From assembly GCA_016186205.1 (NCBI GenBank), contig JACPMA010000014.1, forward strand, positions 74,409-138,408: a DNA stretch of 64,000 bases. Direction: 5' to 3'. A program made the position numbers and the translations under genes. Shown piece after piece: positions 52,214-61,472 of this stretch (the first letter of the stretch is position 1; each line of letters opens with the position of its first letter). This DNA comes from Candidatus Peregrinibacteria bacterium. GTDB taxonomy: Bacteria > Patescibacteriota > Gracilibacteria > UBA1369 > UM-FILTER-53-11. Below the pieces are notes generated by a model. It did not search any database. It worked only from the letters and a program-made list of their open reading frames with translations, and was not told the DNA's origin.

Positions 52214-54145
52214 AACCACAGATCCGGTTTCGCCGTCTATTTCGATAAAATCGCCGAGCTTTATTTTGGCGTGAAACAGATCAAAATTCACCACTACTGG
52301 GATGCCTTTTTCGCGAGCCATAATTGCAAGATGCGACAGCAATCCCCCACTTTCGGAAACAATGCCTTTTATGTCTCCGAAATATTTTGTTAAATCCGGG
52401 GAGAGAATTTTTGTATAGAGAATGCCGTCCGGATGCTGGCTGATTTGGCTTTCATCAATCAATTTTCCATGCGCCTTTCCGCGTGAAACCCCAATCGGTT
52501 TATCAGCGGCAAACAAAGGAGAACTTGTGAGACGAGATGGTAAATTTTGGAAATTCTTGTCTTGCGGCTGGAGAACTTCGCTTTTTCCTTCACGATGGAG
52601 AGCCCGTCGCAATCGGCTTACATTTTTCACCGTGATATATCGTCCAAATTCGCGAAGTTTATTAAAATGCTGCGCCGATTCTATGAAAGGCGCAAAATAT
52701 TTCTTCTTCCATGCAGGCAATGAATCAAACCAATCCTGAAATTCCTTCCTATTTGACTTGGAAGACTTAAATTTCACAAATGGAGATTCATCGGCTATCT
52801 CGAGCGAATTTCCTACAAAATCACTGTCATCAAATTCCATGTCGAGTTCATCCACAGAGAAACTCAAAACATATGCTGTGGAAATCGGCTCTTTTTTAAT
52901 CGCTTGTAGAAGCCGCTTGACCGCTTTCTGCGCGAGAAAGTTAATTTCAAAAACGAGTTCATAATTGCGGAGGAATTCTTTTGCGGCTTCTTCAAATTTT
53001 TCCTCTTTGGTAAATTGTTCATTAAGTTTTTCACGGATGCCGGAAAGTAAATTTTTGTAACCGGCTGTCGGAATTCTGTTAAGCGCGATAATATTTCGTA
53101 CTGTCTGAAAAAAACCTCTCAACGATGCAAAACGCGGCTGAAAATCATTTTTTGAGAGATAGCTGTACGATGGCAAAAGGGTTTTGATCTCGCATTCCCG
53201 ATCTACAAAAAGTTCGCCGCCTATCTTCTTTAAAAAATTTTGCGAGTTGTATTGAACGCCGTAACGGCTGTAAACTCGCTGAATCGGGCCATCCTTGGCA
53301 TATATTCGTTCCAATAAATTCCATGTAGCCGGCGTCGGGCGCGGAGCAATTTCCGATATTTCTGTTTTCTCAAAAAAGAACTTCGCATTTTTTGGGAGCG
53401 CATCGTCGAGAAATAAAAATTGGCGGTATTGATCGGCCGTAATGGTCGTAATTGATCTAGATTGCAAAAAATACCACACGCCGCCTTTTATGCACCATTC
53501 AATATCCTGCGGACTCTGAAAAAGTTGTTCAATCTTTTTGAAATTCTCAAATGCCTCATGAAAATTCGGCAAATCCATATCAATATCCTGCTGGTGCCAG
53601 TAAAATTCTTTTTTCTGCGGCTTAATGCGTCCACCAACAACATCTTCACCGATGCCATGATGATATTCTATAACCATTTCCCTTCCGCCAAGCGGACTTC
53701 GCGTAAAAGTAATGCCGGAAAAATCAGCATCAATATATTCCTGAACGATAAAAGAAAACTGTCCAAGATCGCCATGAAGATATTCAAATGCATGGCAAAG
53801 CACAGCGCAAATAGCCTCAAAAAGCTCAACTTCATTGCGTGCGGATTGCGTCATAAACTGACCGGCAAAAGATTCTTTTTCGCTGTCTTCTATGAGAGCG
53901 CTCGAACGTATAATCCACGGCCCGCGCGGAAATTTTTCCTGAATTTCGTGAATGAATTTTTGGATTTGCTTTTCGATAATTTCTCCACCTTCATTTATAA
54001 ATTGCTGAACCGTTGATACAGGAACCGCGCTGAATTGCGGCACATTCAATCCGGCATCGATGAGTCGCTTGAGATTCTGGGCTTTTGGCCCGATTTGATC
54101 TTTTGCGTGCTCTAACATAATTACTGCGCAGCGCGATATTCCCAA
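52190..54145 (-). CDS. PEP-utilizing-enzyme family protein (N-terminal PEP/pyruvate-binding ATP-grasp domain plus C-terminal swivel phosphohistidine domain)
   Basis: 651 aa. GPKAQNLKRLIDAGLNVPQF at the N-terminus. The C-terminal GIVSESGGLLSHLAIMAREKGIPVVVN contains the catalytic-His motif. Its 3' end overlaps the serS 3' end by 24 nt. Confidence 0.8.
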   Translation of the reverse strand: MGISRCAVIMLEHAKDQIGPKAQNLKRLIDAGLNVPQFSAVPVSTVQQFINEGGEIIEKQIQKFIHEIQEKFPRGPWIIRSSALIEDSEKESFAGQFMTQSARNEVELFEAICAVLCHAFEYLHGDLGQFSFIVQEYIDADFSGITFTRSPLGGREMVIEYHHGIGEDVVGGRIKPQKKEFYWHQQDIDMDLPNFHEAFENFKKIEQLFQSPQDIEWCIKGGVWYFLQSRSITTITADQYRQFLFLDDALPKNAKFFFEKTEISEIAPRPTPATWNLLERIYAKDGPIQRVYSRYGVQYNSQNFLKKIGGELFVDRECEIKTLLPSYSYLSKNDFQPRFASLRGFFQTVRNIIALNRIPTAGYKNLLSGIREKLNEQFTKEEKFEEAAKEFLRNYELVFEINFLAQKAVKRLLQAIKKEPISTAYVLSFSVDELDMEFDDSDFVGNSLEIADESPFVKFKSSKSNRKEFQDWFDSLPAWKKKYFAPFIESAQHFNKLREFGRYITVKNVSRLRRALHREGKSEVLQPQDKNFQNLPSRLTSSPLFAADKPIGVSRGKAHGKLIDESQISQHPDGILYTKILSPDLTKYFGDIKGIVSESGGLLSHLAIMAREKGIPVVVNFDLFHAKIKLGDFIEIDGETGSVVSLQQKRL

Positions 54146-54978
54146 GGCTTATTATATCGGCCGAGGAATTCATGCCCTTTCTTTTCTAACTTCACGCCGG
54201 TTACTTTAGCATCAAAACAGCTGATAAAATCATCGCATATGGTGATGACTTTTTTGCCTGATGGGACCTTGGCGAGTAATTCTTCAATGCGCACTGACGG
54301 CGTATAAATAATAGGAATATTAATGCTGTCTGAAATATGCCATGCGTCATATTTGGCTTTGATACGCGAATCAACGATAAAGGCACCGTCCGCCATGTGC
54401 TGCCGTAATTCTTCAAGCGTGAAAACCACTTTGTATCGGTCTTCCGTATATTTCGACAAAAATTTGATGCCGCCGGTCCATGTGCCGCCGAACGCCACCC
54501 ATTTATCCGCGCCGTTTTCTACATATCTTGCGAGAATTTTTTTAGATCGCAAAAATTCAGCGACTTCCTTTCCGCGAATTCCGGACCAGCAAAAAACATA
54601 CACCACTTTGTCTGTCGGCAGCCGAATCCATTCTCCGGCAAGCAAATCGGCAAAACGCATGTGGTTGCTTCCGGGAAAATAACCGATTTCAAATTCCTCG
54701 TCCTCGCGCGCATCAAGCACATATGCCTGCGGATTATCGCGCGTAATCTGCTGAAATTCTTCGTTTGATACGGCAAGGTTGAGATTTTTATTTTTCTCAA
54801 AAAATGTTTCGTCTTCTTGGATATCATTCTCGACAATTCGACGGCGCGGGACTTTTGGTGGAAGCGGTGTAGCTGCAGTGGCTGTTTCTATAATTTTTAC
54901 TTTCGGCGCAGAAAGAGTCCTTACTTCCGAACTTGCGATTTTGAGATTGCCAATTGCGTCTTCTGCCAATGCCATCAA
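54121..54978 (-). CDS. tandem rhodanese-domain protein, probably the 3' part of a frameshifted longer gene
   Basis: 285 aa. AYVLDAREDEEFEIGYFPGSNHM and the active-site loop VFCWSGIRG. The ORF-track start is a TTG, and the ORF overlaps the upstream ORF by 155 nt in another frame. Confidence 0.7.
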   Translation of the reverse strand: MMALAEDAIGNLKIASSEVRTLSAPKVKIIETATAATPLPPKVPRRRIVENDIQEDETFFEKNKNLNLAVSNEEFQQITRDNPQAYVLDAREDEEFEIGYFPGSNHMRFADLLAGEWIRLPTDKVVYVFCWSGIRGKEVAEFLRSKKILARYVENGADKWVAFGGTWTGGIKFLSKYTEDRYKVVFTLEELRQHMADGAFIVDSRIKAKYDAWHISDSINIPIIYTPSVRIEELLAKVPSGKKVITICDDFISCFDAKVTGVKLEKKGHEFLGRYNKPWEYRAAQ

Positions 54979-55663
54979 AAACGGCGTACTGTGTTATTTT
55001 TCCGCTTTCATTAAGCGTTAATCGAAGAGAATATGATTTTTCATCAATCGGTTGAAGATTGTCGATTGTAAGAGAAGTAAGATCTTTATACCAACTTTTA
55101 TATGTTTCTAAAGAAACCGATTTTTTAGAAACCGCGTAAGCTTCGGCGATTTTCCCGGTTGATATATTTTGATAATATGCGCGAATGAATTGAATATTTT
55201 TGTCTTCGGGCGGATGAGTGACCGGCGACGGCGGCGGCGGAGATGGAGGCGGCGTTTGAGTTATCGATGGCAGTTTTTGTTCGTCAATTTTAAGTTGATC
55301 GAGGCTCGTATCTGTCGCGGCGATGTTTTTATTTTGAGTTTCGCTTTCTTGAATCCAGTTTTTATAAGCTTTTTGCTGTTCAACTTGGCCGTAGTAATAC
55401 GCTGCGCCGAATGAAATGAGGACTACGCCGAGTGCAATGCCGGTCCAGAATAATTTTTTGTGCTGTATGCGCGCGAAAAAAACTTTTGCAAATTGACTCA
55501 TAGACGCTGCGGCCGCTGATAAAAAAAGCACTGCTATGGAAAAAAACTGTACGATTTGCGAACCGACATTAAAAAGAAAATCAGGCGGCGGCACGGCGAA
55601 AACCGCGCTGGCGCTACCAAAGAAAATAGCGATCAAAAGAAAAAATCGTACACTGAATTTCAT
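54824..55663 (-). CDS. secreted/membrane N-terminal part (signal peptide, TM helices, Pro-rich linker, small domain) of the putative frameshifted gene
   Basis: 279 aa. MKFSVRFFLLIAIFFGSASAVFA signal peptide and PPPSPPPPSP linker. The last ~50 aa are low-complexity and look out of frame. Confidence 0.6.
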   Translation of the reverse strand: MKFSVRFFLLIAIFFGSASAVFAVPPPDFLFNVGSQIVQFFSIAVLFLSAAAASMSQFAKVFFARIQHKKLFWTGIALGVVLISFGAAYYYGQVEQQKAYKNWIQESETQNKNIAATDTSLDQLKIDEQKLPSITQTPPPSPPPPSPVTHPPEDKNIQFIRAYYQNISTGKIAEAYAVSKKSVSLETYKSWYKDLTSLTIDNLQPIDEKSYSLRLTLNESGKITQYAVFDGIGRRRNWQSQNRKFGSKDSFCAESKNYRNSHCSYTASTKSPAPSNCRE

Positions 55664-55747
55664 CGAGAGAGATTATATCAGAAAAATCCTCAAAAAAATG
55701 CTTGACTGGATGTATAGCCGCGCGCTAGAGTAAGCCCAAATAAGTTA

Positions 55748-55796
55748 TTTGCTTCGCAAATATTATTGTTTAGCACTTCGCTTCGCTGCGTGCCTT
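55748..55796. repeat. intergenic repeat starting with the palindrome TTTGCTTCGCAAA (copy 2)
   Basis: See 19043-19088. It lies in the divergent promoter region between 55663 (minus strand) and lysC (plus strand). Confidence 0.45.
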
Positions 55797-55845
55797 GCAT
55801 ATGAATCTTCCTTCTCAATTAAAGAAAAATAAGAAGGCAAAGAAA

Positions 55846-55925
55846 ACCCTTAAAAAGGGAAGGTTTGATGCATAGTGCGAGATTAAAATATAATGCAACC
55901 TAACCTTCCTAGAGAAGGTTTTTTT
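55846..55925 (+). promoter_or_regulatory. lysC leader with mutually exclusive pairings (attenuator or SD-sequestering switch candidate)
   Basis: Segment 2, GGAAGGTT (55858-55865), is complementary to segment 3, AACCTTCC (55902-55909). Segment 3 also pairs with segment 4, GAAGGTT (55914-55920), which is followed by TTTTT and the lysC ATG. An 11-codon mini-ORF (55868-55903) ends in segment 3. Confidence 0.4.
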
Positions 55926-57287
55926 ATGTCCATAATCCTAAAATTCGGCGGAACTTCGGTGGCGAATACAACGGCAATAAATCAAGTTGTCGGCATAATA
56001 CGCCGCACGCTTCCAAAAAATCCGGTGGTTATAACATCGGCACTCGCGCATGTGACGAATTTGCTTTTGTCCATTGCTGAATTTCGGCAAAAAGTGGCGG
56101 TCGAAAAAATTCTCCGCGATTTGAAAAAACGGCATTGGGAAGTATTGCGCAGTTTTAAACCGCACATACAGGCAAAAATCGAACCGCTGCTTACTGAAGA
56201 ATTTTTAGAGTTAGAACGGCTTGCTGCACGGCTGCTTCAAAAATCCAATGTTACGAAAAAAGATTTAGATCTTTTGGCATCTTTTGGCGAGCGATTTTCT
56301 TCATGGCTGCTTACAGGCGCGCTTCTTTCGCAAAAAATTCCAGCGCAGCGTGTAGACAGCAGAGAACTTGTGGTCACGGATAGTAATTTTGGCGCTGCAG
56401 AAGTGGATTTTGAGAAAACGCGGCGAAATTTTGCGCGCAAAATTTCGCCGCTCCTTCGACGAAAAATTATTCCGGTTATCACCGGTTTCATCGGCCGAAA
56501 TCATAAAGGAAATACCACTACTTTAGGCCGCGGCGGGTCGGATTATTCAGCGGCAATCACGGCCGTTTGCCTCCACGCAAAAGAAATCCAAATTTGGAAA
56601 GATATTCCCGGATTTATGACTGCGGATCCGCGCGTTGTGAAAACCGCGCGAATCATTCCGCAACTTTCTTTCCAAGAAGCTGCGGAACTTTCTTATTTTG
56701 GCGCAAAACTCCTCCATCCAAAAACCATTCATCCTGCAGTCGCGCAAAATATTCCCGTGCGCATTTTGAATACATTTGCGCCGGATAATCCTGGAACAAT
56801 TATTTATGGCAAGAGCAGCCTTCGACAGGCTCAGGCTGACAAAAGCCTGCCGGTGATGGCGATTGCATATAAAAAAGGCATTACTATAATGAATATATCA
56901 TCCTTAAGAATGCTTGGGCCTTATGGCTTTTTAGAAGAATTGTTTCGGATATTCGCCGCTCATCGCGTACCGATTGATGTGGTGGCAACATCGGAAGTAA
57001 GCGTTTCCATGACTATTGAGGATAAAACATACAATGCCGGACTTATAGGAGCTCTTCAAAAAATTGGCATGGTGGAAGTTCGGCACGGCCATGTTATTCT
57101 ATCGCTCGTCGGAACAGGACTCAAAAACGATCCGCGCGTTGAAGCGCATATTTTTGAAGTATTTAGACTGGCAAAAATTCCCACGGAAATGATTTCCAAA
57201 GGCGCTTCTTCGATAAATTTCACATGTATTATCGAGGAAAAATTCTGCGAAAAAGCAGTCCGCGCCCTGCATTCCAAATTTTTTTAA
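55926..57287 (+). CDS. lysC: aspartate kinase
   Basis: Interior ATG (MSIILKFGGTSV...). KFGGTS and GRGGSDYSA motifs, and C-terminal ACT domains. Confidence 0.9.
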   Translation: MSIILKFGGTSVANTTAINQVVGIIRRTLPKNPVVITSALAHVTNLLLSIAEFRQKVAVEKILRDLKKRHWEVLRSFKPHIQAKIEPLLTEEFLELERLAARLLQKSNVTKKDLDLLASFGERFSSWLLTGALLSQKIPAQRVDSRELVVTDSNFGAAEVDFEKTRRNFARKISPLLRRKIIPVITGFIGRNHKGNTTTLGRGGSDYSAAITAVCLHAKEIQIWKDIPGFMTADPRVVKTARIIPQLSFQEAAELSYFGAKLLHPKTIHPAVAQNIPVRILNTFAPDNPGTIIYGKSSLRQAQADKSLPVMAIAYKKGITIMNISSLRMLGPYGFLEELFRIFAAHRVPIDVVATSEVSVSMTIEDKTYNAGLIGALQKIGMVEVRHGHVILSLVGTGLKNDPRVEAHIFEVFRLAKIPTEMISKGASSINFTCIIEEKFCEKAVRALHSKFF

Positions 57288-57315
57288 CTACCCTCTACCC
57301 TCAACCCCCTACCCT

Positions 57316-58062
57316 ATGAACCTTACTCTTCTCGGCTTCGGCAAAATGGGACGCATCATTTCATCCCTCGCTCTGCCAACTCACAAAATTGTATCGATTA
57401 TCGATCCGACGGCACCGGAAGCTACACACAAAACCGTGACTGCCGAAGCGCTCCAAAATACGGACGTGGTGATTGATTTTTCGCATCCCTCTGCGGTTTT
57501 GAGCAATGTTGGATTGGTGGCGCAACTCAAAAAAAATATCGTTATGGGTACAACCGGATGGTATGACCAGCTAAGTGCAGTACGACAAATGACGGAGGCG
57601 GCCGGCATTGGTTTTTTGTACTCAAGCAATTTTTCCATAGGCGTACAGTTATTTTTGAAAATCGTTGAACGTGCCGGCGGACTGTTCAGCGCCTTCGATC
57701 AATACGATGTTTTTGCACATGAATTTCATCACCGGCAGAAAGCGGATTCTCCCTCTGGCACAGCGCTTTCGGTTGGAAAAGCGCTCCTCAAAACCATGCC
57801 GCGGAAAAAAGAAATTTTTGCCGATACTTCGCATGAAAAAATCGCAGCGGAACGCTTGCATCTCACATCCACGCGCGGAGGATATATTCCCGGCACTCAT
57901 GAAGTGTTTTTCGATAGCGAAGCGGATACGGTTGAAATTCGCCACACGGCGCGGAGCCGTGCCGGTTTTGCCGCAGGCGCGCTCAAAGCCGCGCAGTGGC
58001 TTCATGGAAAGCGCGGATTTTTCACTATGGAGGACTATTTAAATGATCTTTTAAAACTTTAA
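57316..58062 (+). CDS. dapB: 4-hydroxy-tetrahydrodipicolinate reductase
   Basis: 248 aa. GFGKMGR, VMGTTGW and EFHHRQKADSPSGTA motifs. Confidence 0.9.
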   Translation: MNLTLLGFGKMGRIISSLALPTHKIVSIIDPTAPEATHKTVTAEALQNTDVVIDFSHPSAVLSNVGLVAQLKKNIVMGTTGWYDQLSAVRQMTEAAGIGFLYSSNFSIGVQLFLKIVERAGGLFSAFDQYDVFAHEFHHRQKADSPSGTALSVGKALLKTMPRKKEIFADTSHEKIAAERLHLTSTRGGYIPGTHEVFFDSEADTVEIRHTARSRAGFAAGALKAAQWLHGKRGFFTMEDYLNDLLKL

Positions 58063-58072
58063 CCCCCTTTAT

Positions 58073-58984
58073 ATGCTTCCACAAAAACTCTTCGGCTCTT
58101 TTGTAGCCATCGTAACGCCGTTCAATGAAGACGGCTCGCTCGATGAAACATCTTACCGCAACCTTCTCCGCTGGCATCTGCAGGCCGGCACCAACGGCAT
58201 TGTCGCGTGCGGAACAACCGGCGAAAATGCCACGCTTACAACGGAAGAACGGGAGCGCGTGATCAAAATCGCCATTGAAGAATGTGCTTCTAAAATTCCG
58301 GTCATTGGCGGCATCGCATCAAACAATACCGCTGAAGCGGTACGCCAAGCGCAGTGGGTAAAAAATCTCGGCGTCGATGCAACGCTCGTTCTCGCTCCAT
58401 ACTACAACAAACCGCCTGCTGAAGGCCTTTTCCAGCATTTCAAAGCCGTCGCGGAAGTTGGCAATCCCATAATTGTTTATAACGTTCCGGGGAGAACCGG
58501 TGTAAATATTTCGCCGGAAGTTGTAATTCGGTTGGCGAAAGAAATTGCAGGCGTCATTGCTGTTAAGGAGGCGTCTGGAAATCCCGGCCAATTTATGGAA
58601 ATTTTGCGCGCAATCGCTGCCGGAACCCAATCATGGAAATCTCCAAATTTTGTCTTACTCCTCGGCGATGACGCGGTGACGCTTCCGTTTATTCCGCTCG
58701 GCGCAACGGGATGTATTTCTGTGGTGGCGAACGAGACACCGCGCGAATTTTCTGAGATGATAGCGGCTGCGCTCGCGGGTGATTATCAAAAAGCATCACA
58801 GCTTCACTTTAAAATTCTCCAGCTCATGAATGTAAACTTTATAGAAACGAATCCCCTGCCGGTAAAAACGGCGCTTGCGCTCATGGGAAAAATCAAACCG
58901 GTTTTCCGCCTACCGCTCGTCCCAATGCAACCTGCAAATATTGAAAAACTCAAAAAGGTTTTAATGGAATTGCAATTAATTTAA
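58073..58984 (+). CDS. dapA: 4-hydroxy-tetrahydrodipicolinate synthase
   Basis: 303 aa. GTTGENATLT, YNKP, VYNVPGRTG and IAVKEASGN (Schiff-base Lys). Confidence 0.9.
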   Translation: MLPQKLFGSFVAIVTPFNEDGSLDETSYRNLLRWHLQAGTNGIVACGTTGENATLTTEERERVIKIAIEECASKIPVIGGIASNNTAEAVRQAQWVKNLGVDATLVLAPYYNKPPAEGLFQHFKAVAEVGNPIIVYNVPGRTGVNISPEVVIRLAKEIAGVIAVKEASGNPGQFMEILRAIAAGTQSWKSPNFVLLLGDDAVTLPFIPLGATGCISVVANETPREFSEMIAAALAGDYQKASQLHFKILQLMNVNFIETNPLPVKTALALMGKIKPVFRLPLVPMQPANIEKLKKVLMELQLI

Positions 58985-59012
58985 AAAGGCTCGCTCTGCG
59001 AGCTCGCCTGAT

Positions 59013-60284
59013 ATGTATATTCCGCCGCCGCTTTCAGTCCGCCGCAATAAACTCTCGATAGAAAATTTTTCTGTTGAGTCTCTTGCGCAGCGCTTTGGAA
59101 CGCCAATTTACGTCTATAGTGAAAATCGCATCCGCGAAAATTTTCAGCGCCTTAAAAATGCATTTCAAAAATACTATCCGAATTTTGAAATTCTCTATGC
59201 GGTAAAAGCGAATAATAATCCGGCGATCGCAAAAATTCTCGCTGATGAAGGCTCTGGCATGGATGTATGCAATCCGGCGGAAATTTGGCTTTCGCGCCAC
59301 CTCGGCATGCCAAAATCCAAAACGCTCTACACGGGCAATTACTGCACGGACGAAGAACTGGCGTATGGCGCAAAATATTGCGACCGGATAAATTTAGATG
59401 ACATCGCGCTTTTGCCGCGCTTGCTCAAATTCGGCAAACCGAAAGTTTTGAGTTTTCGCATCAATCCAAAAATTGGGAAAGGCTCGGTGAAGACGAATGT
59501 TTTTGCCGGTCCTGAAGCCAAATTCGGCATACCCATTGAAAAAGCCATGCAAGCTTATGCGGCGGCGAAAAAAGCCGGCATCAAACGTTTCGGCATGCAT
59601 ATGATGACAGGTTCCTGTGTGCTTGAACCGGATTATTTTGAAAAAATCACCGGAATTCTTTTGGATGAAGCGGGACGCATTGCACGCCGACTAAAAATCA
59701 AATTTGAATTTATTGATATTGGCGGCGGATTCGGAATCCCGTACAGGCCCGAAGAAAAACCGCTTGATATTGAAAAAACCGCACAACTCGTGACAAAAAT
59801 ATTTCGAGAAAAATGCCATCAATTCAAACTTGGCAATGTTACGCTTATGGTGGAGCCTGGAAGATATTTTGTAGGCGATGCAGGCGTATTAATCGGAACA
59901 GTTCATATGATAAAAGAAAGCTACCAGCGGTTTGCCGGCGTAGACGTAACAATTAACCATCTCGTGCGGCCGAAAATGTATGGCGCGTATCATCACATCG
60001 TCGTTGCAAATAAATTCAGAAAACCCGCAAAATATCCCATAAATATTTGCGGTTCCATTTGCGACAGCGGCGATATTTTGGCCAAAGTGCGGCCTCTGCC
60101 GAAACTGGCACGCGGCGATCTTCTCGCTATTTGCAATGCAGGCGCATACGGGTTTTCCATGAGTTCGCAATACAATTCACGGCCTCGCGCACGGGAAGTG
60201 TTGATAAACGATTCGCGTGCAACTATCATCCGTGAAGCGGAAAAAATTGAAGATTTATTTTTGCGCTGTAAACCGACGCTTTGA
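59013..60284 (+). CDS. lysA: diaminopimelate decarboxylase
   Basis: 423 aa. YAVKANNNPAI (PLP Lys), IDIGGGFGIPY and EPGRYFVGDAG motifs. Confidence 0.9.
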   Translation: MYIPPPLSVRRNKLSIENFSVESLAQRFGTPIYVYSENRIRENFQRLKNAFQKYYPNFEILYAVKANNNPAIAKILADEGSGMDVCNPAEIWLSRHLGMPKSKTLYTGNYCTDEELAYGAKYCDRINLDDIALLPRLLKFGKPKVLSFRINPKIGKGSVKTNVFAGPEAKFGIPIEKAMQAYAAAKKAGIKRFGMHMMTGSCVLEPDYFEKITGILLDEAGRIARRLKIKFEFIDIGGGFGIPYRPEEKPLDIEKTAQLVTKIFREKCHQFKLGNVTLMVEPGRYFVGDAGVLIGTVHMIKESYQRFAGVDVTINHLVRPKMYGAYHHIVVANKFRKPAKYPINICGSICDSGDILAKVRPLPKLARGDLLAICNAGAYGFSMSSQYNSRPRAREVLINDSRATIIREAEKIEDLFLRCKPTL

Positions 60285-61462
60285 TTATGATTATTCCATC
60301 CCAAAAAATTCAGTCTCTACCGCCCTATGCTTTTGCGGAAATGGATCGGCTGGTAGGCCAGCTAAAAAACCAAGGCGTCGATGTTATAGACTTTGGCACC
60401 GGCGATCCGCGCGATGAAACGCCAAAATTCGTGCGCGATGCGGCGACGGAGGCTATAGAAGAATACAAAAGCGCCGGATATCCGAGCTACATCGGTCTTC
60501 CTGAATTCCGCATAACAATTGCCGCGTGGTATAAACGCAGATTTAATGTTGAATTAAATCCAGATACAGAAATCACTTCAACTGTCGGTTCAAAAGAAGG
60601 AATTTTTAATTTTCCGCAGGCTTTCATAAATCCGGGAGACGTCGTCATTATGCCAACGCCCGGTTATCCTCCCTACTCGCGCGGCACACTTTTCGCCGGC
60701 GGGCAGTCGTTTCTTTATCCCCTGTTGGAAGAGAATAATTTTTATCCGGATTTTTCAAAAATTCCCGCGGAAGTCGTAAAACGCGCGAAAATTTTGTGGC
60801 TCTGTTATCCCAATAGTCCGACTGGAAAACTTGCAACGAAGAAATTTTATGAAACGGCGGTGGATTTTTGTGAGTCGCACAATATAATCCTTGCGTCGGA
60901 CGAGTGTTACATTGATTTATATTTTAAAGAAAAAGCGATTTCGGCGCTTGAAATAAGCAAAAAAGGCGTGGTCGCGTTTCATTCGCTTTCAAAACGGAAC
61001 AATATGACCGGCTACCGTGTTGGATTTGTGTGCGGCGACAGCGAAATCATCAATGCATTTAAAAAATTGAAAACCAACATTGATTCCGGCACGCCAAATT
61101 TCATGCAAGCTGCGGCGATAGCGGCACTGAACGATGACCGCCATTCTGAAGAAATGCGGCAAAAATACAACCGGCGCCGTGAGCTTATTTTTGAAGGACT
61201 GCGAAAAATTGGACTGCGCGTGCTTGAACCCGAGGGAACTTTTTATATTTGGCAGCGCGTACCGGATGGATATGATTCCATTTCGTTTGCAAAACGCCTG
61301 CTTGAAAAAGATTGCGCCATTGCCGTAACTCCCGGCGAGTGGATTTCCGATACAATTGCTGACGGCACGAATCCAGGAAAATATTACGTCCGTTTTGCCC
61401 TTGTAGAAGACGAAAAACGCGTTGCCGAAGCCAGTCAACGTCTCGCAAAATTAAAACTTTAA
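60281..61462 (+). CDS. dapL: class I/II aminotransferase, probable LL-diaminopimelate aminotransferase
   Basis: 393 aa. SLSKRNNMTGYRVG (PLP Lys) and NPTG-like NSPTG. The DapL assignment rests on operon context, since no dapD, dapE or ddh is seen here. Confidence 0.7.
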   Translation: MIMIIPSQKIQSLPPYAFAEMDRLVGQLKNQGVDVIDFGTGDPRDETPKFVRDAATEAIEEYKSAGYPSYIGLPEFRITIAAWYKRRFNVELNPDTEITSTVGSKEGIFNFPQAFINPGDVVIMPTPGYPPYSRGTLFAGGQSFLYPLLEENNFYPDFSKIPAEVVKRAKILWLCYPNSPTGKLATKKFYETAVDFCESHNIILASDECYIDLYFKEKAISALEISKKGVVAFHSLSKRNNMTGYRVGFVCGDSEIINAFKKLKTNIDSGTPNFMQAAAIAALNDDRHSEEMRQKYNRRRELIFEGLRKIGLRVLEPEGTFYIWQRVPDGYDSISFAKRLLEKDCAIAVTPGEWISDTIADGTNPGKYYVRFALVEDEKRVAEASQRLAKLKL

Positions 61463-61472
61463 CTTTTTCTCT

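Noticed and set aside
55664-55925. A lysine riboswitch (L-box) or T-box upstream of lysC.
   Set aside because: None of the conserved L-box core words (AGAGGNGC, GCCGAAG, CTGTCA) or the T-box sequence were found. Only a generic alternative-pairing leader is supported.
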